Below the pieces are notes generated by a model. It did no database searches, was not told the DNA's origin, and worked only from the letters and a program-made list of their open reading frames with translations. From Eledone cirrhosa (taxonomy: Eukaryota), in contig OZ024740.1 in assembly GCA_964016885.1 (NCBI GenBank), positions 365,428,001 through 365,492,000 of the forward strand: 64,000 bases of DNA, in the 5' to 3' direction. Below are positions 13,198 to 26,079 of the stretch, piece by piece. Each line of letters opens with the position of its first letter. Position 1 is the stretch's first letter. Position numbers and translations under genes: made by a program.

Positions 13198-13554
13198 AGG
13201 TTTCCATCCACGCGGAACGAATCCAGGTCCGTTTATAACAGCCATAAAGTAATTATAGAGTGTTAGGATGTCCCAAATTATAAACAATAACAGGTTAATA
13301 AGTCCCCCAGCAGTATTTATCGGCCACCAAATTAATGTACAGGTTAGAGACATGAAAGAAATAAGGAATATTATAGTCAGGGCCAAACATGGGCCCCAGT
13401 GGAATAAGCGACGGCAGTTTTTAAAGGCATTAACAACATTATTTGTCGGTTTTGTTTTCTCTTCTGGTTTGGTTGAGGATGATGATGGTGATGACGAAGA
13501 TGATGATGATGATTGTGTTGCTGCAGCTGTTGTTGTAGTTGTTGCGGGAGCCAT
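13198..13554 (-). CDS. ZDHHC6: Palmitoyltransferase ZDHHC6-like, first coding exon (119 codons, phase-0 donor)
   Basis: ORF reads RRLFHWGPCLAL...WWP...TLYNYFMAVINGPGFVPRGWKP, the conserved ZDHHC6 N-terminus with two TM helices. It ends at CCT|GTAAGT (donor at 13197). Ser/Thr-rich N-terminal extension. Confidence 0.93.
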
Positions 13555-13800
13555 ATTATAAATAACAGAAAAATAATTACAAATGTATATATGTATATAT
13601 ATGTATATAAATATTATATCAAGTTATACTTTCTCTGAGCAGTGTCTTAAAATCAACACAATGAAAGGCGCTATGACAACACGTCGTAAAACCACACCGT
13701 CTGTTTGTAATGACAGCAACAGCACAGAGAGTCAAGTAGTGAAACCTGGCAAAAACATCATTAAGCTGTTACGCTTAAGGCTACTGCAAAGACAATCTGA
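13555..13800 (-). promoter_or_regulatory. Probable 5'UTR/promoter region of the ZDHHC6-like gene
   Basis: Non-repetitive sequence directly upstream of the ATG. Contains an X-box-like GTTGTCATAGCGCC on the minus strand near 13667-13680. Positional inference only. Confidence 0.3.
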
Positions 13801-15512
13801 CATTCTGCTCACAGCTTATAAACAATTCTTCCGGCAGAAGGTTGTAAACTTTAAGCACATTTTTACATGAACTTCTCATGTAGTGCAGCTTCTTCCTCTC
13901 ATAAGTGCCTGTCTGAAATGAGTAATTGTCAGAGACAGTGCTTCGATAACGCCAATTCTGGTTGAGAGTGGTTGTCAACGTCTCAATTAGCGATTATAGC
14001 TCTCTTAATTCGGAGGTATATTTAAATACAATCAACAGGAATGGAAGGGAAGTAACTTAAAATTATAGTTGTCCAGAGTAGTTTGCCTTGTTAATATTAA
14101 CTATCAAGTCAGTTGAATTTTATTCTTTTCAAATATAAAACTACCGTAAATTATTTTAATGTATAAACAGATTACTACAGAAAACAGAGGATAAAACATG
14201 TACAGTCGAAAGTCTGCGACAAAAACCAATATTTGTATAACCCAAGCCAGAAAACAATGGCAAAAAATGTATTATTTATGCATTTGGTAACCTACACGCT
14301 GTAAAGTGGTTGGTGATAGGAAGGGCATCCAGTCGTAGAAAGCTTGCAAAACCAAGGGTTGTAGGCCGCTCCAGTTATGTCACAACATGACGACCTCCCT
14401 AGTGCTTGTGATACGATAAAATGCACACGGTAAGCGAGAATGCCAGCTCTCGGTCTCTGGGATATCGGTAGACTCGCTTCAGTACTAATTCGGTCTGTGA
14501 AGACCCGTTCAACCCTTGCCAGCAGGGAAAGCGGATGATGATGATGATGATGATGAAGAATCCACATTGTATTGACTGAGAGTTTAGAAATGAGGATTTG
14601 TAAACTGTTTATTAAGAAGAACTGCCGAGCACAATATTGAGAGGTTTTAGTTCAAATTAGTCAGCGAGGCATTCGGAGAGAATAAATCTGTTTCACCTTC
14701 AATAACACATGAGCTGATACATTTGTACCATTATGGAAATGAGTTTGAAACCTTGACACATTTTAATAAGTAAACTTCAGCGACTTTTTCTTGGCGACTT
14801 GAGGAGGAGCGGTCAGCGGATTCTTTTCCCGATATCTCAATATTTACCTCAAAGTAGCCATTCACTATTTTCTCTTTACATAATTTATGTGAAACAATTA
14901 CTGCATGAAAGAGTAATTTTAACTATTTAAAAACATACAGAATCTGTTAACTTTACTTTATATACCTCATTTATTTCCTTGTGTCAACATTTTCGCTGCA
15001 CTGTTTTTTTTATGCGATCAGTTTTTTTCTTTCTTTTCCTTTTCCTTTTCTTATTTATAATATTATTTATACAATTGTGAATAAAAAAAATAGTTATTTG
15101 TTGTAATGGAACTGTGAAATATAAAGTAAAGTTAACAGCTTTAGTGTGTTTTAAATGGTTAAAATGATTTTTTCACATTGTCATTGTTTTAATAACACGC
15201 GATCTCAGATGAAGTCACTTGTCAGACAGGTACAACTACGAAATAATTTGTCATTTAACAATAAAATAGACATTGATTATTTCGATACACGCGAACTTTG
15301 ATAAAGACAAGATATGACATGTTAAGTTATTGTTGACAAGACGTAACATATTAGACGGCAGGATCGGTAAACTGTGGTGCATGTTATATAGTTTGTTGTT
15401 TAGATACGGCATTTTTGTCTTCTGCTTTCAAATAACGCCGGGTTCGATTTTGTTTTGTATATTTTTCAAAAATTTTTCCGGTGAGGTTAATAAATGTACC
15501 ATCTCCACCACC

Positions 15513-17310
15513 TCTGGCATCAAATTCTATAGCTCTGCAATGAGTGTGAGAGATGATCTTTATAACTGGATGAAATCCTTCATTCTTAGTCGAAGAGAAG
15601 TAGTCATGGTTCTAGGACAACATTCTTCACCCTATGAGATGACATCCGGTGTACCACAGGGATCTGTTCTTCGTCCTCTTTTGTTTGTTTCATATATTAA
15701 TGACATCCCGCCGAGGTTGACTTTGCCGTTCATCCTTACGGGGTCGATAAAATAAAGTACCAGTAATGCACTGGGTAATTGCTGGCCTTGTGCCTAAAGT
15801 AGAAACAATTAATGACATATATATACCAACTTGAATAATGTCACAGTGCTGAAATGAAATGCTGCGATGCGACCTCAAGAATAGGCGCAACTATGAACTC
15901 TTTCGGTTTTGATGGTGTTACGTACCTGCTTCTTAAACGTGGCGGGTTCTTTCTTCTGCACCAGCTTCCACCCTTCTTCCAATTCTGCTTTAATAACGAT
16001 GTTACCCCCAGATCAGCGGAAAACTGCCAGTGTCATTCCTCTGTTCAAAAAGGGTGATCGCACGTCACCTGTCAACTATCGTCCAGTCAGTCTTACGAGC
16101 TGCATCGCCAAATTGATGAAGTCTTGTGTCAGAGAAACACCCTGGAACTTTTGGAACTCTCACAGCCTTATCCGGCACTCGCAATTTGGATTTATCCCTA
16201 AATCCAGCTGCTGTGATTAACTCATTGAGTTTCTTGCAGACATTACCCGAATCACCGATGGTGTCTCATGGAAAGATGTTATTTATCTTGACTTTATTAA
16301 AGCTTTTAATTCTGTGCCACACAAAAAACTTATGGCAAAATTCCCTGCAATGGGTGTGAGAGATGATCTTTATAACTGGGTGAAGTCTTTCATTCTTAGT
16401 CGAAAAGAAGTAGTCAAGATTCTAGGACAACATTCTTCACCCTATGAAGGACATCTGTTTGTTGCATATATTAATGACATAGATGCCAACTTGAAGAATG
16501 TCATAGTGCTGAAATATGCAGATGACATCAAGCTGTACCTTGAGATAAAAAGAAGATTATGCACGTTATAAATCTTTCCTGCGACCTGGACACAATGCAG
16601 TAATGGATTACAGACTGGCTACTCAAGCTGGCGGTGGACAAGTGTACCACCATGCAATTAGGGAGGAAAAACCCAGCTTTCACATACTCCCTCCACAACA
16701 ATCTCAAGAAGTCTTCTTGTGAACGTGACCTGAGCATTACTATCAACAGCGGTTTACGTTGGACAAAGCACATCTCTAAAATTGTCAAGAAGGCCGAGGG
16801 TGTCTTAGCATCACTCAGCAAGACCTTTGTCAGCCGCTCTTCAGCTATCAATCTAAAGCTGTATATAGCCATGGTGCATTCACACTTAGAATTTGCATCA
16901 CCAGTCTGGAACCTCTATCTTGCTCAGAATATTGACCACATGGAAACTGTTCAGAGACGTGCAACAAGACAAATATCCTCCATCAGGCATCTACCATATT
17001 CTGAACGCCTTGCTTCTCTGGGCATGGATCATTAAAGCTCTAACGTCTGGCAACAGACTTGATAGACTCCCACAAGATCATTAACCCTCTTTCCAACAAT
17101 AACCCTGAGCACATTTTTGAATTTCATATGTCTAACACATGTGGACATGCTTACAAAGTCAGAAAACAGTACAGCTCCCATGACTTTCGGAAGCATTCTT
17201 TCACGCTCAGAGTTGCTGAAGCATGGAACAAACTACTTGCTTCAGTTGTTAGTTGTCGCAACACTGCATCCTTCAAAACTTCCATGCTTCCCGAAATTCG
17301 TCAAAACTAC
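15513..17310 (+). mobile_element. CR1-type LINE ORF2 (RT) relic with a duplicated segment at 15513-15855
   Basis: ASVIPLFKKGDRTSPVNYRPVSLTS, SGVPQGSVL, YADDIKLY, LEFASPVW, ETVQRRATR, RVAEAWNKL; frameshifts and stops. Confidence 0.88.
15707..15807 (+). mobile_element. SINE family 1, 5'-truncated, nested in the CR1 fragment
   Basis: TSD attaatgacat at 15696-15706 and 15808-15818. The empty site is visible in the paralogous CR1 segment near 16470. Confidence 0.88.
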
Positions 17311-17423
17311 ACCTGCTATTCCTCCTCTAAACACACACACGTATGTATGTGCGGTGTGTGTGTATGGTGTGTATGTGATGTGGTGGTAGTGGTGGTGGTG
17401 GTGGTGGTGGTGGTGGTGCTGTG

Positions 17424-17493
<70 letters not shown>

Positions 17494-17606
17494 ATGATAC
17501 ATATACTGTTCATTTTCCTGGCATTTGTACATTATTCTATGTATTATACATGCACTTTTGATAAGTTGTAGTGCACCCGAACACTACACAATAATTTTCC
17601 TTATTA

Positions 17607-17804
17607 TGGTGGATTGGCAGTATCAGTAGAGGGTCGGACGCCATGCTTTGACGCATAGAGTTACGGCTCTTGCCATTCTGAGTTCAAATCCCGCCGAGGT
17701 TAACTTTGCCTTTCATCCTTACGGGTCGATAAAATAAAGTACCAGTACTGTACTGGGTAATTGCTGGCCTTGTGCCAAAAATAGAAACAATTATATTATT
17801 ATTA
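17607..17804 (+). mobile_element. SINE family 1 copy with (ATT)n tail
   Basis: Same consensus; tail acaattatattattattat; 5' flank ttattat. Confidence 0.85.
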
Positions 17805-18430
17805 TAGACCCATCAGAGGAACCCATTTTCAGCTGCTTGTATCCGCGATCGTATTCTTTCGGTTATTTTCCAAGATTCATGACTATAGATAAGGGTTGGC
17901 ACAAATACTAAATTGAAAATAGTGAGTTTGGCTTTTAATACATCCTCCTCCCTTCTTCTGGTGATCGAATGCTGAAGTTGGCGCATTAATGCAAAAGCTC
18001 CTGCAATTCTTGCACTAAATTCAGCCTCCTGTCTCCCGCCAGTCATGAACACGACTCCAAGATATTTTAACTTCTCTACATGCTTCAGTGGAACTCCATT
18101 CACATACAGAGTGCACTGTGCAGGCCCCCTTGAAAGGACGTGTGTCTCAGTCTTCGTAGCATTGATTTTCATTCAGTGTGTAGATCGAAGATCAGAGTCG
18201 CTCGAGGTAGAACCGTGACTTTTCTGAATTGAGAGCTCACAGCTCTGATACTACGGATATGTGGTCAGAATATCTCAGAAAAAAAATCGCTGAACAGATT
18301 TTACGGGCAAAACCAACCAGCAGAAGATCCAGAGGTAGACCCAGGGCATGATGGTTGGATAACATCCATGAGCTCGGATGATCTCGCTTAGAGATCCAGC
18401 TGGATCAGTTGGAGACAGTTGCTTTTGGAT
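17805..18430. mobile_element. RTE-type LINE 3' part with 5' inversion
   Basis: Minus strand 18172-17805 encodes KINATKT...KYLG...PTLIYSHESW...IQAAE. Plus strand 18175-18430 continues with the downstream C-terminus (SLEVEP..RIESSQL..YG..RSRGRPR..WLD). Confidence 0.8.
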
Positions 18431-18468
18431 ATACATTTAAATCATTCTCGCAAAGACACACACACACA

Positions 18469-18590
<122 letters not shown>

Positions 18591-18639
18591 CGAGCGGTCA
18601 ACGCTTCTTGAATAGGATTTTTGAAAAATGTTGAATCGA

Positions 18640-20400
18640 GACGCCTTAGACTTATGTTCTAGTAGTGAACTCTCTTATGAACACCTTCCAGCACAGATAC
18701 ATCCATAAATATACATGGTATAAGGGGAATCAGGGACAGAGATCAATAATTGATTCTATTATTGTCTCTGATCTCTTTCATTCTGTGCTGGATGTTCGTG
18801 TTAAGAGATTAAGAGAGGGGGTGAAGTCTCAACTGATCCCCAACTTGTTATCTTCAACCTGAGACTACCTAAAGCCAAGAAAACCCACAAAACCTACAGG
18901 TACAGCTCGATCTAGAGGATAAAGTGGGAAGCGATGGCAGATAAGTAAGTCAGGAATAGGTATGTGGATCCTATCGCATCCAAATTTAGAGAACTCTTTG
19001 AGCATATTGAAGATGTTGACACTGGGCGGAGTCAGTTCAGCTCGGTAATTTCTGTTTCAGCTGTTAAATGTTGCGGGCGAAAGTGGCTTGGTGTGGCACC
19101 TGTTGGCTGAAGAACCCCCTGATTCAATCAAGAGGTCAAAGATACCATCCGAACAAAGAAGGGGGACTACAAAGCTTGGCGTGGAAATAAGTCCCCCTTC
19201 TTGCATCTGCGGTACAAACAGGCATGAAGAATCGCCACAAAGACAGTAAAGGCGTCCAAATTTAACACATGTTGGGATTTGGGGCTTAAGCTGAAATCCG
19301 CCTTCAGATCACTAAATAAAGTGTTCTGGCAGACCACGCGCCGACTTCGTAATAAGAATCCTCCTCCACACCTGCTACCAGGAGTATGTCTGGGGTTCTC
19401 CTCTCTTCAGAGAGGTACATCCTCGCGGGGTGAAGAGAATACTTTGCTGATCTCCTTATCCTCATCACAACAGCATCTTCTGATGTACGCGAGGTGCATA
19501 TTAGAGCGATAACTAGTCACAAGAGCATTTAAAGAGGTCGAATGTGGCAATGCTGCTGGGGAGGATGAATAGAGAAAGTATTCTCTGGCTTACTCGTGTG
19601 TGTTGGGTGGCCTGGATCTCTGGAAAGGCACCTAAGTAATGGCAATCGGGAGTGATAATCCCAATTTTCAAAAAGGGACGCGAGAGATAGTTACATTATT
19701 ATGAGAGATCTCCTTGTTAAGCCTCCCCGGTAAAGTCTACGCTAAGTGTCCGGCAAAGAGATGCAGAGAGATTGTTGAGTCCAAGCAAACTGATAAACAG
19801 TGTGGTTTTCGACGCAGCACAGCCGACCAAATACTCACACTGCGACAGGTCTTTGAGAAATCGTGGGAATACTGTCAACAGATGTATTCTTGCTTTGTAG
19901 ACATCGAAAAGGCATATGACCGCGTTCGACGGGACCTGCCGTGGAAGGTTGTGCAGGATTATGGGATTGATATTTAGGTTCTTGTTATCCTGATGTCTCT
20001 ATACGAATGCCAGAGTATTTGTGTTCAGATAAATGATGCTAAATCTAAACCATTCAATGTGGGAGTCGGACCCCGCCAAGTGTGCGTACTGTCATCTCTC
20101 TTATTCATTATTTTTATGAACATGATTAATATGTGCAGCCGGGTTAGAAGTGGTATCATGACTGGCAGGTAGGTGTAGAATCAGTCGACTGGAGTTTGCA
20201 GACGACATGGTATTACTTAACTCGACAAAAGATGATCTCCGACTTGCACTTGATAGGTTTGCTGAGTGCTGCTTGGCTGGAATAAAAATCAATGCTGCAA
20301 AAACTGAGACACTCGTCTTCATTCTGCGCAGTACACTCAACATGTGAATGGACTTCTACTGAAGCAGGTGGAGAATTAAAATATCTCGGAGCCGCTACTA
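18640..20400 (+). mobile_element. RTE-type LINE ORF2 relic (APE endonuclease C-terminus plus RT)
   Basis: NTFQHRYIHKYTW...SIID, LLSLPGKVYAK, QCGFR, FVDIEKAYDRV, FADD, KINAAKT. Confidence 0.85.
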
Positions 20401-20545
20401 GGAGATTATATGTCCACCTTGTTAGACTATTTTTCATTGTTAAGCTAACATACATTAAAAATTCATGTGTAATTATATATAGTCTGGAACTAGCTGTTGA
20501 AATGGCAAGAGATAAGCCGTTGGGTCCCGACTCTTTATAATATAT

Positions 20546-20817
20546 ATATAATGTAGAAAATGATGTGTTTAAGAAGGTTAGGACAATGCGAAATGGACGG
20601 TAAAATGAAGGCAACGGAAAAGTTTGTTACTTGGTATTTATAATTATCTTTTTTTAACAGATCATACGGAAATCTAAGCACATCAACACTTATGGGGGGG
20701 GGGGGGGGGGGTAACAATAATAAATACCAGTTAACACAGACTCTTTTGTGGCCTTCATTTTACCGTCCATTTCACATGTCTTAGCTTTTTTAAACATATC
20801 ATTTTCTGCATTATATA
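20546..20817. repeat. Inverted repeat (arms about 70 bp), MITE-like
   Basis: aatgtagaaaatgatgtgtttaagaag...gaaatggacggtaaaatgaaggc has its reverse complement at about 20750-20815. Confidence 0.7.
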
Positions 20818-21035
20818 CTACACACATTGCTTCAAGCAAATTACAACATTCTATCATATATATATATATAATAGATAGATGGATGTATTTTCTCTGTGAA
20901 TATATATGTATATAATTTTACATATTATCTTTTGTAGTGTGTGGAACAGTAACACTAAATATGGAAAGAAGAAAGAAAGAAGACATTTAGTGATAATAAT
21001 AATTATTATTATTTCTACTTAATAATAATAATAAT

Positions 21036-24000
21036 GATTTCTTTATTGGCCACAAGGGCTGACATCAAGAAAAAACATTACATACGGCAGAGGACGGTAC
21101 GATGTGGGTTTTGTGCGTGTAAATATTTTTATTATTTATATTAAAAAAAAAATTAAAAAAAAGACAAACATATATATATATAAACAATGAAAATGAAAAT
21201 TGAAACAATGAAAAATTCCCCAATAGGAGGGAAACCTCCGAAGGTTACTCGTGGCAAAAACCACACAAAAGACCACGGCCACCCTGACCACCAGGGCAAG
21301 CGCCCTCTCTCAATTTTTCTATTTCTCAAACAACAGACGTATATTCAGAGCGGTCCCGTTCACTCGGACCATTCTCGCTACATTCACCCACCTTTCAACA
21401 AACTTGCTAGAAAGCAGCACTTGCCTCTCCACCCTGATTTTCCTCTTCAAGTGAAACTTGAAAAAGTTAATTAGGGATTCGCCGAAGAGGAAAGTGTCTG
21501 TCTTTAACCCTTTCAACCTTGTCCACCACACAATCTCTTTCGCCATGGCCACCAGGCAGATGAAAACCGCCTGCCCTTCCTCCTCGAAGGAAGACGGCGA
21601 GACCATCTGCACAATGGACTCAGTCGATAACCGGATCAGTCCTACACGCGACAGCAACTGTTCGACATAGCTCCACAAGTCAGCAATGCTCGGACACTGA
21701 ACGAGTGCGTGCACGACGGTTTCATCGCTCTGCGCGCATCTCAGACAGGCTCGGCTGACGGCACTTCCGTGCCTGTAGAGCTTATCCCGAACCGGTAGCG
21801 CTCCTCGGTAACACTGCCAGGCCAGGGATTTTTGGAAGTTATCCATAAACCCTGGGCTGAAAGTTCTCCGGAAGAGAGCAAACAGCTGATCTTCTTCGAC
21901 GCCCAGGATCTCTCCGAGAACGTCGTCGCTCTTCCCCTCCACTAGTCCTCTATAGAACGCCGAGGTGGATGTTCCACCGATACTGGTGCCCAGCTGGCAG
22001 AGGGCAGTGAGCGCCTGGAGACATTCCAGTTTCCAAGCGCTATCCCTCGGTCTTTTTCTTACCTAGGACTGCAGCTCCGTCAAGGAGACGAGCTGTGGGA
22101 AAACGTGCCTGGCGAACGGCGACCACACCTGTTCACCGTCAAGGAAGCACCAGAGATGTCGCAGCCTCAGCGCATGTTTGCGCATCATCAACTATGGCAT
22201 GCCCAGTCCTACACGCAACGGGTGTTGACAGCAGATGGATCGTCTGACCATGGGAGCGCGTCCCTTCCACAAAAAGCGGAAGAGGAGGCGCTCCATTTTG
22301 GTGAGAGTTGGGCCGGAGCAAGGGACGACGGTGAGGCGGTAGCAGATGACGGATGCGATGTACGCATTCGCCACCTCCTCCTGGCCTTTCAGGGACAGCG
22401 TCCTCTCGGCCCATTTCTGGGTGAGGGAGGCCACCTTGCTCGTCACCTCGTTCCAGTTTTTCTCCATCTGGAGGTCCGGTCCGAACCAGATCCCGAGCAA
22501 TTTGACCGGTCCGTCCGTCCAACGCTCCACGACACTGTCGGACTGCATGGACTTGCCTCTCCAGGTGCCGAGCTGCAAGCCCACCGACTTTTCCTGGTTT
22601 ATCTTTGCTCCTGTCATCGCTTCGTATTCCTTGAGAGCGGTGCCGAGCATCTGGACGTATCTGGTGCTCGACACCACCACGGTGACGTCGTCGGCGTAAG
22701 CCTACTCGGATTTGCCGCATCCTAGTTCGCGTGGGACGCTGCTCATCGCCCCCAGTTTGTGCAGTAACGGCTCGAGAGCCAATACGTACAAGAGGGACGA
22801 GAGGGGCACAACCCTGGCAGACTGAACGCATGATGCTGAACGGCTGCGAAAGGTGACCGTTCACCCTCACAACTGAGCAGATGTCGCTGTACATCGCAGC
22901 GATCCAACTCCTGAAAACGGGCCCGAAACCGGCTGCCTCGAGGACCGTCGCCAGGTACCGATGATCGACTCTATCGAATGCTTTGGATTGATCCAAGTTG
23001 ATCAGGGTCCCACCCGTACCAGGTTCCTTAACCGCCCTCTCTGTGATTTATCGCATGAGGTGGAGGTAGTCGTGTATGGATCTGTCCGTAATGGCGCATG
23101 TATGCGCCTCTCCCACCAGACCCTTGAAGACAAGCGCCAACCTCGTTGCTCACACCTTGGCCAAAATCTTGAACTCCGTAGCGTCTGGGAGGGGTATGTG
23201 CTCCACGGCTGTTGGTGGTGGTAGTGGAGCCCTCTCCGGCAATTTTGTTGCTGGTGTAGCTACTTCAAATGTAGCTATTGGTATTGCCGCCACTGATGCT
23301 GCTGCTTTAGTTGTCCGTGGCCTTGGTACGGGTGCCACGGACGTTGCCCTCCTACTCACCGTGGAAGGGGCTTCTGCGTTTGTTGCCTGCCCTGCTCTTG
23401 GTAGCAGCGGACCAGGTATTGGAATGAGAGGGGCCTTCTTCTTCGCTGTCTTCTGCGGGCAAAAGACCCTGAGATGACCCTTCAACCCACAGAGATAACA
23501 TTTTGGCCGTCTTCCTTCTACACTTATAGGGAGTTGGAGTCCTTCCTCGATGTCTATGATATCGGGGATAGCGTCGATACATTCCTGGTCAGTTTGTATA
23601 AGCATTTGCATGCCTATGCCTGACCAGTTCTCTCTCCCTATTTTCTCTACTTGCCACATGGTCGTCCTGTCCCCGATTCCAGCAAGGATAGAAGCGGCCA
23701 GCCAAGGTATGGGCACGTCGGGTGGGACCTGGGTCACTTTGGCCCTCACAATTTTCTGCCCGCAGTAGGAGGGCACCAAGACTATCTCCTCACTCTTTAG
23801 GGTTTCCAAAGAGTGAGACTTCGCTTCTTGGGGGTGGCGAAAAGTACGTCTACTGTTGCGTACTTTCTGCCTCGGCTGATGTGGGTTTTGCATGCCCAGA
23901 CGCACCCCAAGGCCTTTTGGATTTGAGCCTCCGTGGCTCTCTCCACCCGATGTGAAATTTTGCTTACAGTGCGGTAAGTCACCGTCCGTAGCTGCTGGTC

Positions 24001-24190
24001 CTTGAAAAAATCGGGTGGAGGTTTCAGGGAGACTCTATTGGTGCTTCTTGTCACCATGGCCCTTGCGACTGCCATCTCCTCCTCTGTGACTAACACTGTC
24101 TTGATATTTCGGGCGACACCTGCAAAAGAAGTGGTCCCTTTTTATGCAGCACCACTATTGCTGCCGCTACTGGTCTTACTGGTGGTGCTG
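21036..24190 (-). mobile_element. Tx1/L1-clade LINE copy A: ORF1 (CCHC knuckle), RT and zf-RVT; endonuclease deleted
   Basis: ORF1 CYLCGLKGH....C. RT motifs TEFKILAK, DQSKAFDRVDH, AYADDVT, GAKINQEKS, KLLGIWF. C-terminal LPVRDKL..CLRC...ETVVHALVQCP. AATAAA followed by (ATT)n. Confidence 0.9.
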
Positions 24191-24508
24191 AGTTTGACAC
24201 GAGAGTGCAAGAAAAGGAGAGGGAGAAAATTACCAGGACTTAAAGTGGGAGGTAAAAAGGATTTGGAACTGCCATGAAGTCAGAGTCGTCCCGATTGTCA
24301 TAGGCGCACTAGGTACTATCTCAAAGAGTTTGCAAGGATGGTTAAAGAAAATTAGTCCAGCCCCGCTTTTTGGAACACTTCAAAAGGCATGCTTGCTGGG
24401 AACAGCAAGAACCCTCCGATATGTCCTGAATATCTGAGGCTGCAGGTAGCGGCTTGATATTCATTTCAACAAACTTTCCAGTTAAATAACATCAATGACT
24501 GAGACTCA
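24191..24508 (+). mobile_element. Dong/R4-clade retrotransposon 3' fragment
   Basis: FDTRVQEKE..YQDLKWEVKRIW..VVPIVIGALG...LQKACLLGTARTLRYVL*, a short 3'UTR, then (AAT)n. Confidence 0.8.
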
Positions 24509-24592
<84 letters not shown>

Positions 24593-24593
<1 letters not shown>

Positions 24594-24982
24594 TTTTCTT
24601 TATTAACCACAGGGTTTACATAAAGTAGACATTAAGGACAGTACAGGACAATACAGGGCGGTACAAATGGGCATTTCTGCGTGTAAAAAACAAGAAACAG
24701 AGGATGTAATAATAGAACAATGAAAAAATTCCTTAATAGGGGGGAGACTTCCGAGGGACATTCGTGGAGAAAGCCCATTAAAAAGCCACAGTGACCCTGA
24801 CCACCAGGGCAAGTGCCCTCTCCCAGTTTTCCACCTTTAATTTACAGACACATTCACTCGGGCCATTCTTGCCTCTCTCACCCATCTTTCAACAAAATGC
24901 TGGGAAGAGAGCACTTCCCTTTCTACCCTGATTTTCCTTTTCAAATGAAATTTGAAAAAGTTAATCAGGGCATCACCGAAGA

Positions 24983-24984
<2 letters not shown>
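24593..24984 (-). mobile_element. Tx1-like LINE copy B (3' fragment) between two (AAT)n tracts
   Basis: Homologous to 21036-21490. (AAT)n at 24509-24592 and 24985-25020. Confidence 0.8.
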
Positions 24985-25020
<36 letters not shown>

Positions 25021-25024
<4 letters not shown>

Positions 25025-26013
25025 CACAATAATAATAAAAAACACAAAAAAAGCAAAGCAGGTAAAAGTAACTGCAAAGAAAGAACTGCTACAGAAACTG
25101 GCTAAGAAATGGCAAGAAAAGCCTCTGTATGGAAAATACCCAGAAAGAGCTAACAATCCTGATGTTGACAAAACTTTAACCCATCAGTGGTTGGCATCCT
25201 CTGGACTGAAATCGGAGACTGAAGGACTGATTATATCAGCACAAGATCAGTGTCTGCCAACAAAAAATTACCAACCCAACATAATAAAAAATGGATGCAA
25301 ACAATTATGCCGTGTATGTAAAAAACAACCAGAGACCATTGATCATATAATTTCAATGTGCAGTCCTATAGCTCCAACCGAATACCTAAACAGAGCTGCA
25401 CAATACATACATTGGATAATGTGTAAGCATTTTGACCTGCCCCATCAAAAGAATTGGTGGGAGCATCAACCACCTCCCATACTTGAAAAAGATCACATCT
25501 CAATCTTGTGGAACTTTAGCATCCAAACAGACTGAAAAATAGATGCAAATAGACCTGATATAATACTGAAGGACTTTAAAAAGAGGGTATGCCTGCTAAT
25601 TGATATGTCCGTTCCAATAGACAAGAATGTATCTATAAAAACATTTGAAAAATTGAGCAAGTATAAGGACCTGGAGATAGAAATTGGAAAAATGTGGAAA
25701 TTGAGAACTAAAATAATACCAGTGGTTGTAGGCGCGCTAGGAATGATACCTAAGGGGTCTAATGATTACTTATCACAAATCCCAGCAAACCTGCGTATAG
25801 GAGAAATACAAAAGATAGTACTAATGGGAACTACCCATATACTAAGGAAGATTCTGTCAATATAAGTACATCACAAGTCTAAACACCTAAAGATGCATGT
25901 GTGAGTATGTATGTTCTTTCTTAAGAATGGCGGACCTTGTTGTCTCTTGAGGTCACTGGTTGTGACTTGGTGATAACTCGTATGAACATAAAGCAAGATA
26001 AATGCAGCTATAC
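25021..26013 (+). mobile_element. Dong/R4-clade retrotransposon, 5'-truncated (CCHC plus REL endonuclease)
   Basis: LKSETEGLIISAQDQ, CRVC...ETIDHIISMC, RPDII..D..IDMSVP..K..KY.DL, IPVVVGALG, IQKIVLMGT. One in-frame TGA at 25533. (AAT)n on both sides. Confidence 0.88.

Positions 26014-26077
<64 letters not shown>

Positions 26078-26079
<2 letters not shown>

Noticed and set aside
13583-13980. Plus-strand ORF divergent from ZDHHC6 as a possible VTI1A-like head-to-head partner, as in vertebrates
   Set aside because: The translation shows no resemblance to the VTI1A N-terminus or any domain I recognise, and there is no supporting exon structure.
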